Shown in pieces: positions 53,081-61,727 of a stretch of 64,000 nucleotides of DNA (positions are counted from its first letter, which is position 1; each line of letters opens with the position of its first letter). Made by a program: the position numbers and the translations under genes. Origin of the DNA: an uncultured Planctomycetaceae bacterium. Its GTDB lineage: Bacteria > Planctomycetota > Planctomycetia > Planctomycetales > Planctomycetaceae. Below the pieces are notes generated by a model, which ran no database searches, was not told the origin of the DNA, and saw nothing but the letters and a program-made list of their open reading frames with translations. The DNA lies in assembly GCA_963813715.1 (NCBI GenBank), contig CAWFAK010000012.1:352001-416000 (forward strand). Reading direction: 5' to 3'.

Positions 53081-55174
53081 TCAGGGTGCCGGTCGGGTCG
53101 AGTCCTCCCCAGGTGGGTTGGGTCGGTTCGCCTCGCGGACGGCCAGCACGGGGATCTGCACGGCGTGCCGGACGGTTCCCGCCGTCTCGCCAAATAGCCA
53201 ATCCCCGATTTTGCCGTGTCCGTGGCTTCCCAGCACCAACAGATCGATCTTCTCGTCGGTGACTGTCCGGCTCAGCTCTCGGGCCGGATGGCCAAAACGC
53301 AAAACGCCGCGGGCAGAGGCCCCCGACTGGCGCAACGTCCGGGCCAGCTGCTCGAGGTAGGCCTGGTCGCCTTGCCGCTCCAGGTCGCGCGACTCGCTGC
53401 CATGCAGCTGGCCGCCGACCCCGTCCACAACGTGAATCAGGATCAGCTCGGCCTGATGATGGCGGGCCAACGCGGCCGCATGTTCCAGAGCGATGCGATC
53501 GCTGGGACTGTGATCCAAGGCCACGCCGATCCGTCGATAAATCGGCTCCGAGATGTGGGCCGCTACGTCGCGAGCCGTCGTGCGGCCCGCCGATTCCGCC
53601 GTCTGGGCCACGCGGTATCCAATCACCCACGGTCGGACGATCAGCCAGGCGAGCAACAGACTGACGGCAAACGCCACCGGCACGACCGCAAGCTCGATCC
53701 AAATGCCCCGCGATCCGGCCGAAACAATCCAATCGCGGATCGCGCTGGTCAAGAGTGCGGCGTTGAGGGCAATGATGATGGCCGTCGTGATCCAGCCCAA
53801 CACCTGCACCCAGCGCGGGTTCGCGAACTCGCCCATCCGCGCACGCTCTCGAGTGAAGTGCAACAGCGGCACGACCGCGAATGGCAGCTGCAGGCTGAGG
53901 ATGACCTGGCTCAAGACGAGCAGGTTGGTCATTTGATTGGCGCCGAAGACAACGACGGTGATCACCGCCGGCAGGATGGCCAACAGCCGCGTCACCAATC
54001 GCCGCGTCCAAGGGCGCATGCGAAGATTGACAAAACCCTCCATCACCACCTGACCGGCGAGGGTGCCGGTCATTGTGGAACTTTGCCCGGCCGCCAGGAG
54101 CCCGATGGCAAAGGCGATGGGGGCCAAGCGCGTCCCCAGCACGCGATGTAACAGTTCGTGGGCGTCCTGCAGCTGGATTTCCCCCTTCGCTGACCACAGC
54201 TCGGGGTGCCGATAAAACGCGGCCGCCGCAGTAATCAAAATGGCCGCATTCACCAGGAAGGCCAGATTCAGCGCCACAACCGAATCGATCAGGTTGTAGC
54301 GGCAGGCCTGGCGGAATCCCTCGCGCGATTCGTGGATCCGCCGCGTCTGCACGAGCGCTGAGTGGAGATACAGATTGTGCGGCATCACCGTGGCGCCCAG
54401 GATGCCGATCGCCACGTAAAGCGCCTGCGGGCTGCTGAAGACGAACGGAGGCGACGATTGCAAATAAGGAATGAACCCGCCGAACACGGCTTTCCATTCC
54501 GGCTTGGCCAAGGCCAGCTCGAGCAGAAAGCACGCGCCGATCGTGCCCACCAGCATCACGATGAACGCTTCGGTCTTACGAATACCCAGTCGCTGAATGG
54601 CCAGGAACACAAAAGTGTCGAAGGCCGTGATGATCAGGCCGATGAGCGGCGCGATGCCGAAGAGCAGGTTCAGCCCAATCACGGTGCCGATGACCTCGGC
54701 CAGGTCGCATGCCGCGATGGCAATCTCGCACAGGATCCAGAGCGTGAACGCGAGCGGACGGGAATACGACTCGCCGCACGCCTGCGCCAGGTCGCGCCCC
54801 GAAACGATTCCCAAGCGGGCCGCCAGCGTTTGCAGCAGGATGGCCATCGCGTTCGACATCAACAGGATCCACACCAGCTCGTAGCTGAAGCGGGCTCCAC
54901 CCTCGATGTCGGTGGCCCAGTTGCCCGGGTCCATGTAACCGACGCTGATCAGATACGCCGGTCCCAAAAACGCGAAGAGCCGCTTCGCGAATCCCGGATA
55001 GCTGACCGGGACCGAGTTGTGGACGTCGTCGAGCGAGCGCGACTTAGGAACAGGCGTCCCGACGGCACGGCTCGGGGGAACGGTCGTCTGACGCGCGACG
55101 TCGTCGCCGGGCGTGTCGTCCGGCGAAAGCGCAGCATCGCCCGAGGAGGTCGAGTGCGAGACGGGCTCGTCCAT
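53081..55174 (-). CDS. mntH: Nramp/MntH divalent metal transporter fused to a C-terminal USP domain
   Basis: 'GYMDPGNW', 'GATVMPHNLYLHS', 'GQSSTMTGTLAGQ'; C-terminus 'IGVALDHS...LIHVV...DLLVLGSHGH...LFGETA..V...PVLAV'. Confidence 0.93.
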   Translation of the reverse strand: MDEPVSHSTSSGDAALSPDDTPGDDVARQTTVPPSRAVGTPVPKSRSLDDVHNSVPVSYPGFAKRLFAFLGPAYLISVGYMDPGNWATDIEGGARFSYELVWILLMSNAMAILLQTLAARLGIVSGRDLAQACGESYSRPLAFTLWILCEIAIAACDLAEVIGTVIGLNLLFGIAPLIGLIITAFDTFVFLAIQRLGIRKTEAFIVMLVGTIGACFLLELALAKPEWKAVFGGFIPYLQSSPPFVFSSPQALYVAIGILGATVMPHNLYLHSALVQTRRIHESREGFRQACRYNLIDSVVALNLAFLVNAAILITAAAAFYRHPELWSAKGEIQLQDAHELLHRVLGTRLAPIAFAIGLLAAGQSSTMTGTLAGQVVMEGFVNLRMRPWTRRLVTRLLAILPAVITVVVFGANQMTNLLVLSQVILSLQLPFAVVPLLHFTRERARMGEFANPRWVQVLGWITTAIIIALNAALLTSAIRDWIVSAGSRGIWIELAVVPVAFAVSLLLAWLIVRPWVIGYRVAQTAESAGRTTARDVAAHISEPIYRRIGVALDHSPSDRIALEHAAALARHHQAELILIHVVDGVGGQLHGSESRDLERQGDQAYLEQLARTLRQSGASARGVLRFGHPARELSRTVTDEKIDLLVLGSHGHGKIGDWLFGETAGTVRHAVQIPVLAVREANRPNPPGEDSTRPAP

Positions 55175-55267
55175 GGTTACTCCGCGACCGCCAGATGCCG
55201 CATTCGGTCGTCTCTCCGGACTTCCCCGGACGATCCCCGGTCCAGGCGGTCACAGCACGGAAGAAAA

Positions 55268-55298
55268 ACCTAAGATTAAGTTTAGCGGATCTGTCAAA
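55268..55298 (-). promoter_or_regulatory. Putative sigma70 promoter of mntH overlapped by an AT-rich palindrome (candidate metal-repressor site)
   Basis: Minus strand TTGACA followed by CTAAACTTAATCTTAG (CTAA-N2-TTAA-N2-TTAG) and TAGGTT. Confidence 0.45.
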
Positions 55299-55397
55299 CC
55301 GGCGGTCGTTTGGGCAAGGCTGATCTCTACGTGAACAAGCTGGCTCCCAGACGGCCAGCTTTAGCGAACACGGTCCTTCCACGGTCTACGGTCGGTC

Positions 55398-55412
55398 GGG
55401 TACTGTGTTTGC
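55398..55412 (+). promoter_or_regulatory. sigma54-like promoter for DUF1614-ftsH
   Basis: GGGTACTGTGTTTGC(A), GG-N10-GC, about 90 nt upstream of the ATG. Confidence 0.55.
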
Positions 55413-55500
55413 AGCCTGAACCGGCCCCCCGTCGGGTAGCCGTCCCGAACGCCGCAGCCGACCTTCGTTTCCGGAGCCCCCGTCCATGCACCCCTCGCAT

Positions 55501-56169
55501 ATGCATTATTTTCCGGTTACGGCTCCGTTCGTTCTGCTGTTGTTCCTCGTCTTTGGGGTGATCCTGGCCCTCGTCCAGCTGGGAATCATCGAATATGCGT
55601 ACTCCAAGATAGGCATCCAGCCGCGCTGGATTTTTCTGTTTTTGATCCTGTCCCTGCTGGGGAGCTACGTAAACATTCCCGTAGCGGAGGTGCCGGCCAA
55701 GCACCTCGTCGAGAACGACACTGTCAGCGATTATGGAATTCAATACGTGGTGCCGGACGTGCGGGAGCTGCCGCGAACGATTATCGCCGTCAACGTGGGG
55801 GGCGCCCTGATTCCGGCCGCTTTGTCGATTTACCTGCTGATCAAGAATCGGCTGTTCGTGCAGGGGCTGATTGCCGTGGCCGTCGTCACGGTGGTCGTGA
55901 ATCGGCTCGCGCACCCGGTGCCGGGCGTCGGCATCGCGCTCACGCCGATCATTCCTCCGCTGTTGGCGGCGGGCGTGTCGCTGCTCTTGTCGCGAAACGC
56001 GGCCCCGGCGCTGGCCTACATCGCCGGCAGCTTGGGAACGCTGATCGGCGCCGACCTGCTCAATCTGGGGATTGTGGGCCAGCTCCAAGCGCCGGTGCTT
56101 TCGATCGGCGGGGCCGGGACTTTTGACGGCGTGTTTCTCACCGGCATCCTCGCCGTCCTGCTCGCCTGA
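55501..56169 (+). CDS. DUF1614 family membrane protein
   Basis: 'LLGSYVNIP', 'IAVNVGGALIP', 'PVPGVGI', 'GTLIGADLLNL', 'SIGGAGTFDGVFLTG'. Confidence 0.88.
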   Translation: MHYFPVTAPFVLLLFLVFGVILALVQLGIIEYAYSKIGIQPRWIFLFLILSLLGSYVNIPVAEVPAKHLVENDTVSDYGIQYVVPDVRELPRTIIAVNVGGALIPAALSIYLLIKNRLFVQGLIAVAVVTVVVNRLAHPVPGVGIALTPIIPPLLAAGVSLLLSRNAAPALAYIAGSLGTLIGADLLNLGIVGQLQAPVLSIGGAGTFDGVFLTGILAVLLA

Positions 56170-56181
56170 TTGGAACCCTCG

Positions 56182-58380
56182 ATGGACGAACCGCAACTGC
56201 TGCCGCCCAAGCCTCCGCAAAAGGATCCCAAGGGCAAGCCGAGCCGCCCCAGCCTGCCGCCGCAGTGGCGGAGCATTATCTGGTACATCCCGCTGGCGCT
56301 GTTCATGCTCTGGTTCTGGCAGGACATGCTGACGAGCATGCGGGTCAAAACCATTCCGTACAGCGAGTTCAAAGAGTATCTCGCCAACAACGAGGTGACC
56401 GAGGCCGAGGTCAAGCAGGACGAAATCGACGGCAAGATCGTCCCCAAGACTCCCGCAGAAAAGCAGGCGCCCGCCGAAAAGTCACCAAGCGAAAAATCCG
56501 CGGCAAAGCCGGCCGCTGCCGAAAAAAACAAACCAGCTCCCGCGCCCGCGAAGCCTGCCGCCAAAGAAGCAAGCACGAATTTGACGGCAAAATCAGAGGT
56601 GGCAAAGCCAGAAGCTGCAAAACCCGCAGCCGAAAAGCAGTCGTCGGCCACTGCTGAGAAGACGGCACCGACGCCCGCGACCGACGGCGACTCTGCTGAG
56701 AACGAAAAGACCGCTCCCGAAGGGCCGTTTCTCTTTCGCACGATCCGCGTCGAGGATCCGAAGCTCGTCGACGAGTTGGTGGAGCATCACGTCCAGTTCG
56801 TCGGCACTCGCCCCAGCATCTTGTCGACCTTTCTGTTCGCCTGGATTCTGCCCATCTTGTTCTTCGCCGGGATCTATTACTTCCTCACGCGGCGGATGGG
56901 TTCGATGGGCCAGACGGTGATGAGCATCGGCAAGAGCAAGGCGAAGCTGATCGGCGACAAGGACACGGGCATCAGTTTCAACGACGTGGCCGGCTGCGAC
57001 GAAGCCAAGTACGAGCTGCAGGAAGTGGTCGACTTCCTCAAAAACCCGTCGCGTTACCAGGCGCTCGGGGCGAAGATCCCCAAGGGGATCCTCCTCGTCG
57101 GTCCGCCCGGAACCGGGAAAACTCTGTTGGCCCGCGCCGTCGCCGGCGAAGCCCACGTCCCGTTCTTTTCCATCAGCGGCAGCGACTTTGTGGAGATGTT
57201 CGTCGGCGTGGGGGCCTCCCGCGTGCGCGACCTGTTCGAGCAGGCCAAGAAGAACGCCCCCTGCATCATCTTCATTGACGAGATCGACGCGATCGGCGGC
57301 CAGCGCAGCGTCCACGTCGGCCTCGTCAACGATGAGCGCGAGCAGACTCTCAACCAACTGCTGTCCGAGATGGACGGTTTCGAGGCAAACGTCGGCGTGC
57401 TGATTTTGGGCGCCACCAATCGGCCCGACATCCTCGATCGGGCCCTATTGCGCCCCGGCCGTTTTGACCGGCAGGTCGTCGTCGACTCGCCCGACATCGA
57501 CGGCCGCGAGGCGATCCTCAAGGTTCACTCCCGCGACAAACGGCTGGCCGCGGACGTCAATCTGCGCCGCATCGCCCAGTCGACGGCCGGCTTTTCCGGG
57601 GCCGACCTGGCCAACGCGCTCAACGAGGCGGCCCTGCTGGCCGCCCGCCGCGGCGGCTCGTCGATCAACCAAAAGGACCTCGAAGACGCGGTGGAAAAGG
57701 TCGTCGCGGGGCCGGAACGCAAGAGCCGACGGCTCGATCCTGAGCAAAAGCGCCGCGTCGCCTTCCACGAAGTGGGTCATGCGCTCGTCGCTGCCTTCAG
57801 CGAGCATGCCGACCCCGTCCACAAGATCAGCGTAGTGCCGCGCGGCCGCGCCGCGCTCGGTTATACGTTGCAGCTGCCTCTCGAAGAGCAATTCCTGATG
57901 ACGCGGGCCGAGCTGTTCGACCGCATCAAGGGAATGCTGGGGGGCCGGGCCGCCGAGGAAGAGGCTTTCGACGAAATCAGCACGGGGGCCGAGAACGATC
58001 TCGATCGTGCGACGGCTCTCGCGCGTCAAATGGTCTGCATGTACGGCATGAGCGAACGAGTCGGCCTGATGCACGTCGCCGGCCGCCAGGATGGATTCCT
58101 GCCGACGGTCCCCGGAACTCTGCCACAGCGCGACTGTAGCGAGGAAACGGCTCGGCTCATCGATGTCGAGGTGAAGAAACTGCTCGACGACGCGCATCAA
58201 TCGGCACAGAGGATTCTCCGCGAACACCGCGACCAACTGGACCTCGTCGCGAACGAGCTGCTTAAGCGGGAGACTCTCGATGGGGCGGCGTTCAACGCGT
58301 TGCTCGGTCTGCCGGCCCCCGTGGATCGGCCGATTCGCGCCCCGGAGCCGATCGACTCGCCGGCTCCCATCTCGACCTGA
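56182..58380 (+). CDS. ftsH: ATP-dependent zinc metalloprotease FtsH with an Ala/Lys/Pro/Glu-rich periplasmic insert
   Basis: Two TM segments, 'FNDVAG', 'GPPGTGKT', 'FIDEID', SRH '[20 protein letters not shown]', zinc motif 'HEVGH'. Confidence 0.96.
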   Translation: MDEPQLLPPKPPQKDPKGKPSRPSLPPQWRSIIWYIPLALFMLWFWQDMLTSMRVKTIPYSEFKEYLANNEVTEAEVKQDEIDGKIVPKTPAEKQAPAEKSPSEKSAAKPAAAEKNKPAPAPAKPAAKEASTNLTAKSEVAKPEAAKPAAEKQSSATAEKTAPTPATDGDSAENEKTAPEGPFLFRTIRVEDPKLVDELVEHHVQFVGTRPSILSTFLFAWILPILFFAGIYYFLTRRMGSMGQTVMSIGKSKAKLIGDKDTGISFNDVAGCDEAKYELQEVVDFLKNPSRYQALGAKIPKGILLVGPPGTGKTLLARAVAGEAHVPFFSISGSDFVEMFVGVGASRVRDLFEQAKKNAPCIIFIDEIDAIGGQRSVHVGLVNDEREQTLNQLLSEMDGFEANVGVLILGATNRPDILDRALLRPGRFDRQVVVDSPDIDGREAILKVHSRDKRLAADVNLRRIAQSTAGFSGADLANALNEAALLAARRGGSSINQKDLEDAVEKVVAGPERKSRRLDPEQKRRVAFHEVGHALVAAFSEHADPVHKISVVPRGRAALGYTLQLPLEEQFLMTRAELFDRIKGMLGGRAAEEEAFDEISTGAENDLDRATALARQMVCMYGMSERVGLMHVAGRQDGFLPTVPGTLPQRDCSEETARLIDVEVKKLLDDAHQSAQRILREHRDQLDLVANELLKRETLDGAAFNALLGLPAPVDRPIRAPEPIDSPAPIST

Positions 58381-58452
58381 AATTGCGCAGCGGCTGCGAA
58401 CAACCCGCGATTCTCCCCGGAATTCTGCCGGCAAAACATTTCGCCGCCATGC

Positions 58453-58467
58453 TGGCACGCCATATGC
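58453..58467 (+). promoter_or_regulatory. sigma54 promoter for the structured leader and DUF1328
   Basis: TGGCACGCCATATGC(A), GG-N10-GC. Confidence 0.7.
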
Positions 58468-58504
58468 ATTGGCTAGTTGCCGTCAGTCGAACAACTTGCA
58501 TTCA

Positions 58505-58564
58505 GTTCGCTCGCCGATGCCAAAAGGCAGCCTCCACTTAGAGGAGGGGGCTGGCACGTGAGCC
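58505..58564 (+). ncRNA. Candidate structured RNA (possibly related to the CyVA-1 motif; unverified)
   Basis: Manual fold: GCTCG/TGAGC outer stem, GCC/GGC hairpin with loop GATGCCAAAA, AGCC/GGCT plus CCTCC/GGAGG stem, and loop TGCC(A) complementary to (T)GGCA (pseudoknot). Confidence 0.45.
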
Positions 58565-58591
58565 GAGAATCCGCCGAAAGGGAGACCTCCA

Positions 58592-58765
58592 ATGTTGTCG
58601 CTCGCATTGACCTTTCTGATCATCGCCCTGGTTGCCGGCTTGCTCGGTTTCACAGGCGTGTATGTGGCTGCGGCCGGGATCGCGAAGATTCTGTTCGTGG
58701 TCTTCCTCGTGCTGTTCGTCATCAGCTTGGCTGCTGGCGGGATGGCGCGACGGGACCTTCCGTAA
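58592..58765 (+). CDS. DUF1328 (UPF0391/YtjA-like) small membrane protein, 57 aa; not in the ORF track
   Basis: [66 protein letters not shown]. Confidence 0.93.
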   Translation: MLSLALTFLIIALVAGLLGFTGVYVAAAGIAKILFVVFLVLFVISLAAGGMARRDLP

Positions 58766-58832
58766 AGACCGCGCAGGCTCGAGCCAGGGCTCCGGGTTTC
58801 TCGGCAGCCTAGGACCGACCGGCGCGTTGAAA

Positions 58833-58867
58833 GCCCTTGCCGTTGCAAAACGGCGAGGGTTTTTTTG
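58833..58867 (+). terminator. Intrinsic terminator
   Basis: GCCCTTGCCGTT-GCAA-AACGGCGAGGGT followed by a T7-8 tract. Confidence 0.88.
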
Positions 58868-58979
58868 TTGGCGCGGCTTAGTCTAGTCGGAAGGGATTCG
58901 TCGAGGGGAGGAATGTGGGAGACGGACCGCCACCCCGGTGCTGGGCGGGAAGAAGCTGGATGCAAGCAGGATTCGGCAA

Positions 58980-59477
58980 TCAGTCCCCCAGCCCCGTGTC
59001 GCGATCGAACGCTTCTTCGATCCACGTGCGAATGGCCGTCTCTTGCCGGCGGACGTTCATCACAAATCGCAGCCCTTCTTCGAGCAGCTTTTGCTGCTGA
59101 TCCATGGCCTGCTTTTCATCCGCGCCCGCGCGGGCCGCGTTGGCCTCCAGCTCTGCAAACTGGTGCTCCAGCGAACGGCACCACTCCCGGTTCTTGCAGT
59201 CCTCTTCGCGGAGCCCGGTGACTCTCGCTAGCAGTTCAGAATTCTCCTGCTCGATTTCCTCGAACTGCTCTGGATGTACGTGCTCGATGTGCTCGAGGAT
59301 CTGGTGCGTCGTTTCCGCGAAGGTCTTCCGCAGCGTGGACGCCCACGTGCGCAATTCACCCGGCACGGGCGGCGTGTCGAGAGCCGTCTCCAGTCGCCGC
59401 AAAGGGTCGGTCAGCGGCTCCTTGAACTCTTTGAGCTTGTTCCCTTTGGTGTTCGGTTTGTCTGTCACGGCGATCAT
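58980..59477 (-). CDS. Hypothetical helical-bundle protein (hemerythrin-like pattern)
   Basis: 165 aa, all-helical and acidic; 'LEHIEHVH', 'LREE', 'RRQE...WIEEAFDRDTG'; AAAGG before the ATG. Confidence 0.6.
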   Translation of the reverse strand: MIAVTDKPNTKGNKLKEFKEPLTDPLRRLETALDTPPVPGELRTWASTLRKTFAETTHQILEHIEHVHPEQFEEIEQENSELLARVTGLREEDCKNREWCRSLEHQFAELEANAARAGADEKQAMDQQQKLLEEGLRFVMNVRRQETAIRTWIEEAFDRDTGLGD

Positions 59478-59613
59478 GCCTTTCGAGTCGAGCCCGCGCG
59501 ATGCACGCGGGCGGGAAATTTTCTGACCAGTGGTCTGTGCACAGCTTAAGATGGTGCAAGGGGCGCGCCCGAACCGGCCGGAGCTCAGGTTTGGACACTC
59601 GGCGTCTGGGCAC

Positions 59614-61680
59614 TCAGCCTTTGGACTCTGTCTTGACCCAAGCTCTCAAAACTTCGGCCACGCTCCAGGCTTGCGCCACGCAGCCGCGCGGGAGAAACGG
59701 TGCTTTCGCGTCGCAGACTTCGCTGATCGAGCCGATACATGCCGCGTGCAGATGAGGCTCGAAGGCCGCGAGAAAGCCGCGGGCCGTTTTGAAATCGCCC
59801 GGATGGACGCGAAGCCACGCGTCGACGAAGGGACCGATCAGCCACGGCCAGACCGTTCCCTGGTGATAGGCGGCGTCACGAGCCCGCAGGTCGCCGTCGT
59901 ACCGCGATTTGTAATCGGGTTCTTCCGGCCCCAGGCTGCGGAGGCCATACGGCGTCAACAGCTGCTTGTGCACCGTCTGCAGCACGGCCGGCCAGCGCGA
60001 CGAATCGAGCACTGGGTAATCGAGCGAGATGGCAAACAGCTGATTGGGCCGCAGCGACGGATCGTCCCCCGATTCGCCGTCGACGATGTCGTACAGAAAT
60101 CCCCGCGACTCGTTCCAAAACCGCGCGTTGAACGAACGCAGCGTCGTTTCGGCACGCTTGGCCACGGTTTGGGCTGCTGCGAGATCGCCCGTCTCGCGGC
60201 ACCAGTTTTCCAGGATTCGCAGCGCGTTGTACCAGAGGGCGTTGATCTCCACCGCCTTGCCCCGGCGAGGCGTGACCACCCAGTCGCCGACTTTGGCATC
60301 CATCCAGGTCAGCGGCAGGGTGGGATGTCCCTGCGACAACAGCCCGTCGGCCGGATCGACGTGAATGCCGAACCGCGTGCCGGCGACGTGATGGGCCACG
60401 ATGTCGTGAAACATCGGCAACAACAGCCGCAGCGTATGCTCGTCGCGAGTGGCCTCAAGGTAGCGCTGCACGGAGTGGAAATACCAAAGCGTGGCGTCGG
60501 CTGTGTGGTAGAGCCCCTCGCGCTGTCCTTCCGGAAACAGGTTCGGCACCAGCCCGTCCCGTACGTAGCGGGCGAACGTGCGGAGGATGTACCCGGCTTC
60601 CGTTTGTCGACCGGTCGTCAGTGCCAGCCCCTCGAGGCTGATCATCGTGTCGCGGCCCCAATCGGTGAACCAGTGGTAGCCGGCGATCACGCTGCGGATT
60701 TCGTCGCCCGCGGCCTGGGCTTGCGCCGCATCGGCCATGCGGTTCGAGGGGCAGATGATGAACTGATCGGCGGCCAGCACCAACTCGCCGGCCGTGCCGC
60801 TCCGCGCTTCGGGCCGTGCGTGATTGAGTAACCGCGTGCGGCGTTCGAGTTCGGCCGTGCGGGCCGCGGCCGGCTCGGCCGCCAAGAGCGTGTCCCAGGG
60901 CTCGGTCGAGGCAATCAAACAGGCTTCGTCTCCCGCAGTCAAAACGGCGTGGAAAAATCCGGGACTCCACAGACTGCCCGCGAAGGCATAGCCCCGCGCC
61001 TTCTCCAGTCGATACGTCAAATGCCGCAAATGTCCGCCGTCCAACAATAAGCCGGCCTCCGGCGCGACGATCCGCAAACGCAGCGGCGGGGCGGTGTGCG
61101 AGGCGATCTCGAAGCGGTTGCCCACCGCGCTCACCACGTAGGGTCCCTTCATTTCCGAGTCGACCGCATCGTCGTGTCCGCGAAAATGCAGCGAGGGCCG
61201 CATCCGCAGCCGAGCCTGACCGGGTCCTTCCAACAAGCGATACGAGATGAAGGCCGTGTTCTGCAGATGGGGCATCAGGACCCGTTTTTCGAGGCGGTAG
61301 GCTCCCACCTGATATCGCCAGACGGGCAGCCCCGCTTCGAGCTGGAACTCGCCCAGCCAGGCCTCGTCCGCCTCCGATTCCTCGGGAAGCTCTTCGCGAT
61401 CGAGCTCGCCCACGTGCCCATCGGGAAGCACGATCTCGACCGAGAGATGATTGAGCATCATCAGTCGTCCGAGAGGAACGGGCAGCGCGGCAATCAACAG
61501 TCCGTGATATCGCCGCGTGCAGGCGCCGGAGATCGTGCCGGAGGCGTAGCCCCCCAATCCATTGGTCACCAGCCACTCGTCGCCGAGGGGCTGCGGCCGC
61601 GGTCCGGGAGACAGCGATAACTCGGTTGGCGAACGTTCGAGATTCAACGCTCGAGTCGATTGTTCGATTGCTTGCGCCAT
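59614..61680 (-). CDS. Amylo-alpha-1,6-glucosidase (glycogen debranching enzyme, GDE_N plus GDE_C)
   Basis: 'EWLVTNGLGGYASG..RRYHGLL', 'IAGYHWFTDWGRDTMISLEGL', 'TWMDAK', 'RPNQLFA', 'AYHQGTVWPW', 'AQAWS'. Confidence 0.93.
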   Translation of the reverse strand: MAQAIEQSTRALNLERSPTELSLSPGPRPQPLGDEWLVTNGLGGYASGTISGACTRRYHGLLIAALPVPLGRLMMLNHLSVEIVLPDGHVGELDREELPEESEADEAWLGEFQLEAGLPVWRYQVGAYRLEKRVLMPHLQNTAFISYRLLEGPGQARLRMRPSLHFRGHDDAVDSEMKGPYVVSAVGNRFEIASHTAPPLRLRIVAPEAGLLLDGGHLRHLTYRLEKARGYAFAGSLWSPGFFHAVLTAGDEACLIASTEPWDTLLAAEPAAARTAELERRTRLLNHARPEARSGTAGELVLAADQFIICPSNRMADAAQAQAAGDEIRSVIAGYHWFTDWGRDTMISLEGLALTTGRQTEAGYILRTFARYVRDGLVPNLFPEGQREGLYHTADATLWYFHSVQRYLEATRDEHTLRLLLPMFHDIVAHHVAGTRFGIHVDPADGLLSQGHPTLPLTWMDAKVGDWVVTPRRGKAVEINALWYNALRILENWCRETGDLAAAQTVAKRAETTLRSFNARFWNESRGFLYDIVDGESGDDPSLRPNQLFAISLDYPVLDSSRWPAVLQTVHKQLLTPYGLRSLGPEEPDYKSRYDGDLRARDAAYHQGTVWPWLIGPFVDAWLRVHPGDFKTARGFLAAFEPHLHAACIGSISEVCDAKAPFLPRGCVAQAWSVAEVLRAWVKTESKG

Positions 61681-61727
61681 GGTCGTTTCCCAGCAAAGTA
61701 AGCTTCCCGGCAAAACTTCGCGCAACG

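Noticed and set aside
58500..58590. c-di-GMP-I or c-di-AMP riboswitch in the DUF1328 leader
   Set aside because: It lacks the GEMM GNRA-tetraloop/receptor layout and the ydaO core; kept only as an unassigned structured RNA
59582..59628. Degenerate short repeats (GGACACTC/GGGCACTC/GGACTC) at the GDE 3' end
   Set aside because: Only about three imperfect units with irregular spacing; not CRISPR-like
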